In this document: one piece after another, positions 9,497 through 18,527 of the stretch | Numbering within the stretch: the first letter of the stretch is position 1 | How the letters are laid out: each line of letters begins with the position of its first letter | Position numbers and translations under genes: made by a program | Source of the DNA: Candidatus Bipolaricaulota bacterium | GTDB taxonomy: Bacteria; Bipolaricaulota; Bipolaricaulia; UBA7950; UBA9294 | DNA length: 64,000 bases | Direction: 5' to 3' | Assembly: GCA_040752575.1 (NCBI GenBank) | Contig: JBFMGK010000011.1 | Span: forward strand, 2,580 to 66,579 | Notes under the pieces: generated by a model | What the model saw: only the letters and a program-made list of their open reading frames with translations | What the model was told of the DNA's origin: nothing | Database searches by the model: none

Positions 9497-10542
9497 TCGG
9501 TCTCGAGCGCGAAGCCGGCCCCCTGTTGGAGATGGAGAACGTCTCGGTCAACTTCCCCGTCAAGAAGGCCTACCCGTTCAGCCGGAGGCGCTGGATCCAG
9601 GCCGTCACCGACGTCTCCCTCCGCGTCGCCTATGGCGAGACGTTCGGTATCGTCGGGGAGTCGGGCTGCGGAAAGAGCACGCTGGCCAACGCGATGGTCG
9701 GCATGGTCCGCCCGACGGCAGGTGTCGTGCGCTTCCAGGGCGCCGACCTGTACTCCCTGAGACGCCGCGAGTTTCGAGACGCACGGCGGAACATGCAGAT
9801 GATCTTTCAGGACCCCTTCTCGTCGCTCAATCCGCGATTCTCGGTCTACGAGATCATCCGCGAGCCGCTCTACATCCGCGGCGGGGCGACGGAGTCTGCG
9901 ATGAAGGCAAGAGTGCTGGAACTCCTCAAGCTCGTCGGCCTCGATGAGGAGGACATGAACCGCTTCCCCTCGGACTTCTCCGGCGGGCAGCGCCAGCGCA
10001 TCGGGATCGCTCGTGCGATCATCCTCAATCCGGTCTTCCTGGCCTGCGACGAACCGGTCAGCGCGTTGGACGTGTCGGTGCACGCCCAGATTCTGAACCT
10101 GTTGATGGAAATCCAGCGGAGCCGGAACCTGACCTACGTGTTCATCTCGCACAATCTGGCCGTGGTGAAGAACATCTGCGACAATCTCCTCGTGATGTAC
10201 TTGGGCACGGTGATGGAGTCCGGAGCATCGGACGCCGTGTTCGCCAATCCCCTCCACCCGTACACGAAAGCCTTGCTGTCCGCGGTTCTCGACATCGATG
10301 TCGACGGATCTCGCGAGAGGATCCTCCTGAAGGGTGACACGCCAAGTCCGATCGATCCGCCGAGGGGATGTCGATTCTGGCAGCGCTGCCCGTCGGCGAT
10401 GAACGGCTGCGCGGCGATTCCGGCGCCTCTGGTTGAGGTCGAGCCGGGCCATCAGGTCGCATGCCATCTCGTCTCCGGCTTCTCTCGCGAGCAACTTGCG
10501 GCCGGCGCCGGAGAACCCGTCACTTCGGCGACCGGTTCGTGA
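9493..10542 (+). CDS. Peptide ABC ATP-binding protein (OppF-like)
   Basis: GESGCGKS, FSGGQRQR, CDEPVSALD, HPYTKALL, GCRFWQRC; ATG 9493 overlaps the previous stop. Confidence 0.95.
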   Translation: MIGLEREAGPLLEMENVSVNFPVKKAYPFSRRRWIQAVTDVSLRVAYGETFGIVGESGCGKSTLANAMVGMVRPTAGVVRFQGADLYSLRRREFRDARRNMQMIFQDPFSSLNPRFSVYEIIREPLYIRGGATESAMKARVLELLKLVGLDEEDMNRFPSDFSGGQRQRIGIARAIILNPVFLACDEPVSALDVSVHAQILNLLMEIQRSRNLTYVFISHNLAVVKNICDNLLVMYLGTVMESGASDAVFANPLHPYTKALLSAVLDIDVDGSRERILLKGDTPSPIDPPRGCRFWQRCPSAMNGCAAIPAPLVEVEPGHQVACHLVSGFSREQLAAGAGEPVTSATGS

Positions 10543-10552
10543 GCAATCCGTC

Positions 10553-10927
10553 GTGACACGAAGAGCGAAGGCCCTGGCGCTGTGCGCGTCTCAGGCCCTG
10601 ATGCTGGGCTGCTTGAGCCTCCTCCAGGTCGCGCCAGGTCGATTCTCCCTTGCGCTGTTGGTGGCGATGCACGTGGGGATCGTGTCGTTCATGAAGCTGA
10701 GGAGAAGCCTCGCCGCAGGCTCGCCGGACGTCGCACGGGTCGCGCGTGCCACCTATCTTCTGTTGGCCGTGTACCTGCCGGTGCTGCTCTACAGGTTGCT
10801 TGGCACGCTTGGCCTGCTTCGTGTCGACCCTCACGTTCTTCTCGGCGTGACGGTCGGGCTCTCCCTTCCCGCGGCTCTCCTCAATGGCTGGGCGATTTGG
10901 AGACTGGGAGTACGAGGGGGAGATTAG
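10553..10927 (+). CDS. Small four-TM hypothetical membrane protein
   Basis: Hydrophobic ORF directly after the opp operon; GTG start inferred. Confidence 0.55.
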   Translation: MTRRAKALALCASQALMLGCLSLLQVAPGRFSLALLVAMHVGIVSFMKLRRSLAAGSPDVARVARATYLLLAVYLPVLLYRLLGTLGLLRVDPHVLLGVTVGLSLPAALLNGWAIWRLGVRGGD

Positions 10928-11134
10928 CTCGCGAGAGAACGCTCCATGCCTGTGCAGAACGGCTTACGGAGCGCCGGATCGAGCCCGCGCGCCCCTTGGC
11001 GCCGGGCGATGATCGACTCCCCATCAGAGGCACTCCCACGGAGCAGGGCCTCGGGTCCCAGTGAACAGGCTGCCGGGGTACGGGCGTGCGAAGGCGAGGC
11101 TCCACGCTGGATCCCCGACGGGCGGCGGACGACG

Positions 11135-11178
11135 TTGCCCAAGCTGCGGACCTGGAGTATATTAGTCATCACGTATAT
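11135..11178 (+). promoter_or_regulatory. Promoter TTGCCC-N17-TATATT with overlapping ArsR-type imperfect palindrome (ATATtaG..CgtATAT)
   Basis: Directly upstream of the arsR-family start codon. Confidence 0.55.
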
Positions 11179-11593
11179 GGATCCCACGAACGCCCCGAAG
11201 CCTACGATCGAAGTCCTCTGTGCTGGGCTGAGGGTCCTCTCGGTCGAGACTCGGCTACGGATGCTGACGTTGCTCGCCGAGCGCAACCTGTGCGTTGGGG
11301 CTTTGGCCTGTCAGCTTGGACTCACGCAGGGGGCCGTCTCTCAGCATCTCAAGGTACTGCGAGAAGCCGGTCTTGTGGCGGCAGAGCGCGCGGGGTACTT
11401 CGTGCACTACAAAGTCGATGGCGTGTCCGTGGGTCGATTGCAGGCGGCCCTCGATCGGATGCTCGAGCAGGTCCAGCGGGGGCGCGCAGATCGGGGGCCG
11501 GGGAGCGAGACAGCCAAGCAGGGGTGCGGAAGCCGAAAGGAGAGCGCATGTGCGAAAAGTCGCCAGGTTGTTGCCAGAAGGGGCGCGACGTAG
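11177..11593 (+). CDS. ArsR/SmtB family transcriptional regulator
   Basis: TRLRMLTLL..NLCVGALACQLGLTQGAVSQHLKVLREAGLV..ERAGYFVHY. Confidence 0.92.
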   Translation: MDPTNAPKPTIEVLCAGLRVLSVETRLRMLTLLAERNLCVGALACQLGLTQGAVSQHLKVLREAGLVAAERAGYFVHYKVDGVSVGRLQAALDRMLEQVQRGRADRGPGSETAKQGCGSRKESACAKSRQVVARRGAT

Positions 11594-11742
11594 CCCGCGG
11601 GGGTTGCTCGCCCGAGCAGATCCACGAGTGCCACGGCCCCGAGGGTGGCCATCCGTGCAAGAATGCCGCGGGGGAGTGTTCGCCTGAGCAGATCCGCGAC
11701 GGTCATGGGGCCGAAGCGGATCACCCTTGCAAGCGGGGATAG
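11548..11742 (+). CDS. 64-aa Cys/His-rich microprotein (metallothionein-like candidate)
   Basis: AGGAG RBS; 8 Cys and 5 His; two 24-aa repeats CSPEQI..[C/G]HG...HPCK. Confidence 0.7.
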   Translation: MCEKSPGCCQKGRDVARGGCSPEQIHECHGPEGGHPCKNAAGECSPEQIRDGHGAEADHPCKRG

Positions 11743-11752
11743 GGGTCTGCCG

Positions 11753-12721
11753 ATGTCGATCCGGGTTCAGGGCCTCTCGAAGGCGTTCGACGACGTTCAG
11801 GCGGTTGCCGAAGTCTCCTTCGAGATCCAGGAGGGCGAGTTGTTCGGTTTGCTCGGGCCGAATGGCGCGGGGAAGACGACGACGATCAACATGCTTACGG
11901 GGTTGGCGCGCCCCGACAGCGGATCGATCCACGTCGGCGGCATCGACTGCACCCGAAACGTCAAGGCGGCGCAGCACCTGGTCGGCGTCGTTCCCGACGA
12001 GAGCAACCTCTACCCTGAGCTGACGGGGAGGCAGAACCTCACGTTCTGCGCCGCGCTGTATGGGATCCCCAAGAGGGAGCGCGAGGAACGGGCTCGCCGC
12101 CTGATCGACCAGTTCGGCCTCAGCGACGCAGCCGACCGGAAGTTCGCCGGCTATTCGAAGGGGATGAAGCGCAAGTTGACGATTGCCGCGGGCATCATCC
12201 ATCGACCTCCGATCCTCTTCCTCGACGAGCCGACGACCGGGATCGACGTCGCCAGTGCACGGCAGATCCGACAGCTGATTGCGTCGCTCAACGCGGACGG
12301 GACGACGATCTTGTTGACGACGCACTACATCGAGGAGGCCGAAAGACTGTGCGGACGGATTGCGTTCATCGTGCGCGGACGCATCGTGCGGATCGATCGC
12401 GTATCCGACCTGCTGCAACCGCTTCAGGAGAAGCACGTTGCCGTCATCGAGGTATCGGATGCGGTGAGGGTCGATGCGCGCGCTTTGGCTGCGGCATTCC
12501 CGAAGGCTCGGTTCGAAACGCCTAAGCCCGGTGAAGTTCGGGTCGAATCGCACGTACGGATGGCTGTGGGGCCGATCGTGCGCTTCCTGGAAGAGGCCGG
12601 CGTCGAGGTGGCCGAAGCCCGACGCGTTCGACCGTCACTGGAGGAGGTCTTCGTTCAGGTCACGGGGATTGAGGCCGACGCGATGCGCGGCGAGAAGCCG
12701 AGGGCGGGGGGGCGGACATGA
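11753..12721 (+). CDS. ABC-2 type exporter ATP-binding protein
   Basis: GPNGAGKTT, YSKGMKRK, FLDEPTTGID, TTHY. Confidence 0.93.
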   Translation: MSIRVQGLSKAFDDVQAVAEVSFEIQEGELFGLLGPNGAGKTTTINMLTGLARPDSGSIHVGGIDCTRNVKAAQHLVGVVPDESNLYPELTGRQNLTFCAALYGIPKREREERARRLIDQFGLSDAADRKFAGYSKGMKRKLTIAAGIIHRPPILFLDEPTTGIDVASARQIRQLIASLNADGTTILLTTHYIEEAERLCGRIAFIVRGRIVRIDRVSDLLQPLQEKHVAVIEVSDAVRVDARALAAAFPKARFETPKPGEVRVESHVRMAVGPIVRFLEEAGVEVAEARRVRPSLEEVFVQVTGIEADAMRGEKPRAGGRT

Positions 12722-13458
12722 GACGCGCGTGGATTGCCTTCTGGAGCATCCTCGGCAAGGACATGCGGTCCTACTACCTGAAGCCGCCGAACATCAGCTG
12801 GGGAATCATCTTTCCCTTCGCCTGGACCGGCATGTTCCTGATTCGCTCTGGCGGGTCAGTCAGCGACGTGCTGTCTCTTCTGCCCGGCGTGATGGCGATC
12901 TCGATTCTCTTTGGCACAACGTCCATGCTCGCGGTCACGATTACCTTCGAGAAGAAGGGTCGATCGTTCGAGCGGCTGTTGCTGGCTCCGATTGCGCTTG
13001 ACCTGCTGATGATGGCCAAGACGGCAGGCGCGGTCGCCTTTGGCATCGCCAACGCGTTCGTTCCGGTCGCGATGGTCGCGTTCCTCGTCGATCTCTCGGG
13101 GATCGCCTGGGGCGTCCTGATCTCCGCTGTCGTGCTGATCGCGCTTTCCTCGACATTTGTCGGTCTGTTCGTGGCCGTGGCGGTCAGCGAGGTGTTCGAA
13201 GCGCAGACCTTCTCCAACTTCCTGCGCTTTCCGATGATCTTCCTTTGCGGGCTGTTCTTTCCGATCGAGAGCCTCCCGTGGGCCATCCGACCGCTGTCCT
13301 ACGCCCTGCCTCTGACGTACGGCGTCGACGCCCTACGCGGCGCCGTGCTGGGCAGCCGGTCGCTGCCGCTGGCTGTCGATCTGCCGGTGCTCGCTTTCTT
13401 CTGTGTCGCGCTATTTGCGCTGAGCCTGCGGAACATACGGAGGAAGTGGATCGTCTAG
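12718..13458 (+). CDS. ABC-2 type exporter permease
   Basis: Six TM segments, FERLLLAP, FLCGLFFP..LP, LPLTYGVDALR. Confidence 0.9.
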   Translation: MRRAWIAFWSILGKDMRSYYLKPPNISWGIIFPFAWTGMFLIRSGGSVSDVLSLLPGVMAISILFGTTSMLAVTITFEKKGRSFERLLLAPIALDLLMMAKTAGAVAFGIANAFVPVAMVAFLVDLSGIAWGVLISAVVLIALSSTFVGLFVAVAVSEVFEAQTFSNFLRFPMIFLCGLFFPIESLPWAIRPLSYALPLTYGVDALRGAVLGSRSLPLAVDLPVLAFFCVALFALSLRNIRRKWIV

Positions 13459-13548
13459 CGGGCGCATGCCTTGCGGCGCGAGCGATCCGCTTCCGCATCA
13501 GCTCAGACCTCAAGCCGCTCTACATACAGAGGCGCCCGGCGTAGCTGC

Positions 13549-13700
13549 GGGGTCAGATCTTCATTCTTGGTGTTCCTGCGGCTCCGTGATGAGTCTCAGG
13601 TGCCTCGGGCTCGGTCCTGCGTCACGACGGTGGGCGCGCGGCAAACCTTCCTCTTGGGCGAAGTCGCACTGCTGTCGGGTGGCGGGGGCGCGTCTTGCCT
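13549..13700 (+). repeat. Direct repeat copy 1 (152 bp), starting and ending in 26-bp GGGGTCA..TCTTG motifs
   Basis: 150/152 identical to 15382-15533. Confidence 0.95.
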
Positions 13701-14153
13701 TTGGGCGTTGGGTCCGGTTGACCGTCTGCGATAACGGGTTTGTCGGCCTTCCCCTGATATGTTCATAGTGTCGATGCGTGAGTCAGCTCCGTGTACTGGT
13801 CGCGAACGCATACGTGCAGGAGCGCAACGAGTGCAGAGGCCACAACCAAGTGCAGAGGCTCCCCGCGCGCGGGTTCGCTACTTCGCTGACGAAGCGGGGG
13901 GCCCAAAGCTCTTCGGTGAGAAGGGGCGCTGCATCACCGGCAAGGACGGATGCTCGCACTGCTTTGCTCTCCGACTCCCCGAAGTCGAGGCCCGCGCGGA
14001 ATGCGAAGCAGGCTGAAGCTGGTGCAGAAGCGGCTGCTGGCCGATCCATGCTCCCGTGGAGCCAGCAGCGTCCATGCCGCGACCGCGGCAACGAAGGGCT
14101 AGCTCCATGGCGGGATTGTGGTTGTTATCTATCTGGATTACTCTATTCTGCAC

Positions 14154-14948
14154 ATGAGAGGCTACCGTTTGTACGTCGACGAGGTCGGTAATTCCAGCCT
14201 GCGCGTCGGCGATCCGAACAACGAGAACGATCGCTTCCTATCGCTGACCGGCGTAGCCGTTCGAGGAGACTACGCACTCGCGTCCTTCGTGCCTGAGATG
14301 GATGCCCTGAAGAGGAGATTCTTCCAGACAGACCCAGACGTGCCGGTGATCCTCCACAGGACGGATATGCTCAACAGGAAGTGGCCTTTCACCGAGTTGC
14401 AGGACCCGGCTACAGAGAGCGCTTTCTATGTAGCGTTGAACGAGCGACTGGCAGCGTGGGAATATGCAGTTGTCTCCGTCGTGATAGACAAGCACCGGCA
14501 GAAGAATCTCTACCAGGTTTGGCAGGCTAATCCATATCACTACTGCATGAAGGTGCTACTAGAGAGGTACGTGATGTTCCTGCAGGGGGGCAGCGCGACG
14601 GGCGATGTCATGGTAGAGAGCAGACAGGCGAAAGACGACTTCAAGCTCAAGGAGTCGTACAAGCGTCTCTACATCTCCGGCACCGAGCGAATCGCAGCCA
14701 CGAGTTTCCAGCGCCGGCTATCGTCGAAGGAACTGAAGGTCAAACCCAAGAGCGCCAATATCGCGGGCCTTCAACTCGCGGATCTACTCGCCTGCGGAGC
14801 GCAACGAGGGATTCTCTCCGAGGTTGGGCTCCCGTCTCGCTCGAACCACGGGTTCGACTCGGATGTCTGGGCGCTTCTTGAGGGCGCGAAGTTCATCCGT
14901 GACCGCGATGGAAAGACTCTTGGGTTCGGAAAGAAACTCCTCCCATAG
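14154..14948 (+). CDS. DUF3800 domain protein
   Basis: LYVDEVG N-terminus, VILHRTDM, ESR..KDD, NIAGLQLADLLA. Confidence 0.85.
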   Translation: MRGYRLYVDEVGNSSLRVGDPNNENDRFLSLTGVAVRGDYALASFVPEMDALKRRFFQTDPDVPVILHRTDMLNRKWPFTELQDPATESAFYVALNERLAAWEYAVVSVVIDKHRQKNLYQVWQANPYHYCMKVLLERYVMFLQGGSATGDVMVESRQAKDDFKLKESYKRLYISGTERIAATSFQRRLSSKELKVKPKSANIAGLQLADLLACGAQRGILSEVGLPSRSNHGFDSDVWALLEGAKFIRDRDGKTLGFGKKLLP

Positions 14949-14954
14949 AAGAAG

Positions 14955-15030
14955 AGAAGCGCCCGTTGGGGCGCCCTCCCGATGGCCTACGGACCATCCA
15001 CCTCCGACGAGCGGATTACTCCGAGCTTAG
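14955..15030 (+). ncRNA. Candidate DUF3800-associated structured RNA
   Basis: GC-rich short stems (GCGCCC/GGGCGC; GATGG/CCATC) immediately after the DUF3800 stop; position typical of DUF3800 RNA motifs; no covariance test done. Confidence 0.4.
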
Positions 15031-15133
15031 CATTGTGTACGTGCGAAGTCAAGAGCGCCGCGGCTGCGTAACCCACACCTCTACTGAGCTTGGCGCATCT
15101 TGCGCAGAGTTTCGAAGCGGGCGACGGGGTCTG

Positions 15134-15542
15134 GGAGTCAGAGTCGTTTCTTGCCCCTAGACGGCAGTGGGTCAAAACGAAGCTGGCGTTGACACCAGTG
15201 AGGTCGCGTGGTCAGATCTCAACTCTTTGCATCGCGCGGCACCTCGACAGGACGTCAAAGTGGCCGCGGGGTCAGATCTTCATTCTTGGTGTCTCTGCGG
15301 CTCCGTGATGAGTCTCAGGTGCCTCGGGCTCGGTCCTGCGTCACGACGGTGGGCGCGCGGCAAACCTTCCTCTTGGGCCACGGGGTCAGATCTTCATTCT
15401 TGGTGTTCCTGCGGCTCCGTGATGAGTCTCAGGTGCCTCGGGCTCGGTCCTGCGTCACGACGGTGGGCGCGCGGCAAACCTTCCTCTTGGGCGAAGTCGC
15501 ACTGCTGTCGGGTGGCGGGTTCGCGTCTTGCCTCTTGACGTT
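15134..15542 (+). repeat. Array of GGGGTCA-family motifs (about 15134, 15208, 15268, 15382, 15517) including repeat copies 2 (15268-15378) and 3 (15382-15533)
   Basis: Direct alignment; 114-bp tandem duplication; variable spacing 74/60/114/135 bp. Confidence 0.85.
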
Positions 15543-15748
15543 GGCACGGGCGACCCCCTTGATGCGGTGTCGTCTGGTCCTGCACTGCTGCACCCCGGCG
15601 CACCATCCGTCGGCGTGAAGAGGCCGCCAACGCCGTTCGACTTCGCTACTGCCGCGGTGCAGCTTCCCCGGCGCATCCCCGAAAGGGGGAGACGGTCGAA
15701 GCGCTGGAAATGGCGGAATCTCCTGGTCTAGGTCTTGCGCGCAACGGC

Positions 15749-16813
15749 CTAGAGCACGCCCTCGGCCGCGCCGAAGGCCTTCGAGATGACGCGTTCCGTT
15801 TCGCCGCTCACAATCATCAGCAGGTAGTCGCCGACCTCGATCGAGATGTCGTCCCGCGGGAGTTTCAGCAGCTTGCGGCCACCGCTTGTGCCCTTTGCGA
15901 TGCCGATGAGGACGACGTTGTATGCCTTCTTGAGGTCAACGAAGGCGTCCCCGTACGTCCGCCCCGCGTAGGGATTGCCTGGCGTCACGAGGAACTGCTG
16001 GATGTCGTATTCGTCGCTCCCCTCGGCAGAGGCGAGTAGATCGGCCTCGTACTCCGCGACGTCGGGTTCGAAGATGTAACTGGCAACCATCTTCGCGGCG
16101 ATCTCGCCTCGGGAGAGCACGAAGGTCACTCCCGCCGTGCGGAACGTCCCTCGGAGATCCTCGTTATCCAACGCGACGACGAACTGCGCGTTCGGGAATT
16201 CGCGCTTGATGTTGAGGATGGCCACCAGCTTGTCCGTGTCGGTCTTAAGGTTCGGGAAGACCATTCCGGCGTCTCGGATCCCGGCTTTCTCCAAGACGAG
16301 CGGATCCCTGAGATCGGCGAACAGCACGAAGACCTTGTCCCTTGGGAACTGCTCGTGGATCAGATCGACGTCGTCCTTCGCATCGGTAACGATCGCGACG
16401 CGCAGATCGGCTTTCAAGAGCTGCTGCGCGACCGACTTGGCGAAGTCGTCCCAGCCTACGATGAGAACATGCTTGCTGAAGCTCGTTCCATTGTGCCCCA
16501 TCCTTCTGCGCTCCCTTATCTCCGAGAGGCGTCCGGAGACCTTGTAGACGAGAACTCCGAGGACGCCAAGGCTGCCCAAGAGAAAGAGCGAGCCGATCGC
16601 CCTTCCCCCCGCGCTGACGGGGTACTTGTCCCCGTATCCGACGGTGGTGAGCGTGACGAGCGAGTACCAAGCGGCATCGCCGACACTGCGGATCGTCGCG
16701 CCGGGGTGCCCACGTTCAGCCCACACCAGAGACACGACGAGGAGGCTCCAGACCAGAACCAGAGGGACGATCACCTGCCACAGCCTCGGTCCATTCGTCT
16801 GCCGACCGCTCAC
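15749..16813 (-). CDS. Potassium channel protein (2-TM pore plus RCK/TrkA domains)
   Basis: Selectivity filter TLTTVGYGD, KHVLIVGWDDF; GGAGG RBS before GTG 16813. Confidence 0.92.
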   Translation of the reverse strand: MSGRQTNGPRLWQVIVPLVLVWSLLVVSLVWAERGHPGATIRSVGDAAWYSLVTLTTVGYGDKYPVSAGGRAIGSLFLLGSLGVLGVLVYKVSGRLSEIRERRRMGHNGTSFSKHVLIVGWDDFAKSVAQQLLKADLRVAIVTDAKDDVDLIHEQFPRDKVFVLFADLRDPLVLEKAGIRDAGMVFPNLKTDTDKLVAILNIKREFPNAQFVVALDNEDLRGTFRTAGVTFVLSRGEIAAKMVASYIFEPDVAEYEADLLASAEGSDEYDIQQFLVTPGNPYAGRTYGDAFVDLKKAYNVVLIGIAKGTSGGRKLLKLPRDDISIEVGDYLLMIVSGETERVISKAFGAAEGVL

Positions 16814-17104
16814 GACACCTTCCTCCCGCCTGCCGGGCCGCCGGCCATCTGCCCGATCGAACGTCACCCGCAGCCCCGAGCCCTCGCGTGAGGCGTTGCC
16901 TGCCGTGGCGGGACGCCTCGGCAGAGAGCATAGGGCGAGAACGAGGCGGAAGGAAGAGATCCTGACGAAGGATGCCTCGGGTTCGGCTTGCGGCGAGGCT
17001 TGTGGGGCGGCATCGGTCGCGGCGCAGAGAGCCGTGACGAGCGCCCTCCCGACGCCGATCCCTACGCCCAGGTCCGGCGGCGTCAGGCGCGAAGAGCAGG
17101 CTAG

Positions 17105-18301
17105 TTACGTTGGCGGCGCAGAGGCGCTGCCCAGATCGAGGAGCCGGCTCTCTCCCTGGAGGCTCCGGATCTCTGTCGCATCCTGACTGACCTCGAGGCA
17201 ACCGAGATACGAACCCTGCTCGTCCCGAACTGCGAAGTACTCGATCACGATGAAGCGGCCGCCCAGTTGGATCCAGAATCGCGCCTCGTTTCGCGATCCG
17301 TTCTTGAACGCATCCAAGATCTGGAGGACCTTGTCAACGCTCTTGGGAGGATGGCAGTTCGTAACCGAACGGCCGATCACGGCGGGGGTGCGGGGGAAGA
17401 CGCGCTGCGGGTTGTCGGAGTAGAACTGCACCCGATCCTGCGCGTCGACGAAGCTAATGTCGACGGGCAAGCGAGTCAGCATCCGGCGAAGCTGCAGCTC
17501 GGTGAGTTGCCCCGTCGCGAGGCGGATCCCGGCGACGTCTTGCCCTTGTCCGCCCGTCCTCGAGCTGTCTTCCGGCGTCGCAGGCCACGCGGGGGGCTTG
17601 CCGAAGGCGAATCCGACGGCCTCCTCGCCGCGGCGCATCTCGACCCACTCCTGGTCGGACAGCTTACCCAAGGCCATTGGGAAAAGGATCTTCTCTTCCT
17701 TGTAGATCATCTCCGTGATGGCCTGGGCCAAGCTTGCGATGTCCCGAGCTCCCGCCTCGCGATCGCCTGTGAGTGCCTCCGCATCGAGGTCGCGAAGCTG
17801 CTTACGGATCTGGTCGTGGATGCCCCACATCACCTGCGTCGGACCCGTCACGCCGTGCTTTTCGAGGAAGGGAAACAGCTGGTTCTCCTTCCGGAGGTAA
17901 TGGATGTGGACCTTCGCGAGGGTTGCGAGATGTTCGGCGATGGCTGCATGGCGGCTGCTTTGCTCCTCGATCCGCGAGGCCTCGAGAAGACGATTTGCAG
18001 CTTGCTCAAACTCGCGATTCTCCAGCATGTAAGTGTGAAGGGGATGGCCCGCCGGAACGCGAGAGATGCCTTGGTCCTGGAGGCGGTCGCGGACAACGCC
18101 TACGTGGAGATCGCAAAGACGTTGGATCTCCTCCACGGGGAGCCCTTGGCGGATGAGCGTCTGCTCCATCTCAGCCAACTCGTCGGGGGACACCTCGGCG
18201 ATCAGACGGTCGAACCTCGCCTTCACACTCTCAACGGCTTCTCCTGCGTGAAGAGCCAGAATCATCCTCTTCAGGGCTTCAGTCTTCTGCGCGTCAACCA
18301 T
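17105..18301 (-). CDS. DUF438-hemerythrin-PAS domain protein
   Basis: LHAGEAVESVKARF, LCDLHV, GHPLHTY..EN, HYLRKENQLFP, MWGIHDQIR, C-terminal PAS with NCHPPKS. Confidence 0.88.
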   Translation of the reverse strand: MVDAQKTEALKRMILALHAGEAVESVKARFDRLIAEVSPDELAEMEQTLIRQGLPVEEIQRLCDLHVGVVRDRLQDQGISRVPAGHPLHTYMLENREFEQAANRLLEASRIEEQSSRHAAIAEHLATLAKVHIHYLRKENQLFPFLEKHGVTGPTQVMWGIHDQIRKQLRDLDAEALTGDREAGARDIASLAQAITEMIYKEEKILFPMALGKLSDQEWVEMRRGEEAVGFAFGKPPAWPATPEDSSRTGGQGQDVAGIRLATGQLTELQLRRMLTRLPVDISFVDAQDRVQFYSDNPQRVFPRTPAVIGRSVTNCHPPKSVDKVLQILDAFKNGSRNEARFWIQLGGRFIVIEYFAVRDEQGSYLGCLEVSQDATEIRSLQGESRLLDLGSASAPPT

Positions 18302-18527
18302 CGTGACCTCCGGCAGTACAGTACCCAGGGAACGGGGGCCGTCCAAGTGCTCGGGCCATCCACAACCGGAGCGGCGTGGGCCTGCAGGGTCCGGTGGCGG
18401 TGCGCCCGCCATCGTTGCGGAGCCGCCGCGTCTCAGCTGTGGAGGCGCGCCGGCCCGGGGAATCGAGGGCTCCGAGGCGTGCTCACCCCTCACTTGCTAC
18501 TTCTTCGGCGCGCTCGCGCACTTGCGC

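Noticed and set aside
13700-14150. ORFs 13759-14016 and 13778-14191 as extra cassette genes
   Set aside because: No RBS, no recognisable motifs, composition typical of non-coding frames.
15134-15542. CRISPR array interpretation of the repeats
   Set aside because: Repeats are degenerate, spacing is irregular (60-135 bp), two spacers are duplicates, and there are no cas genes in the window.
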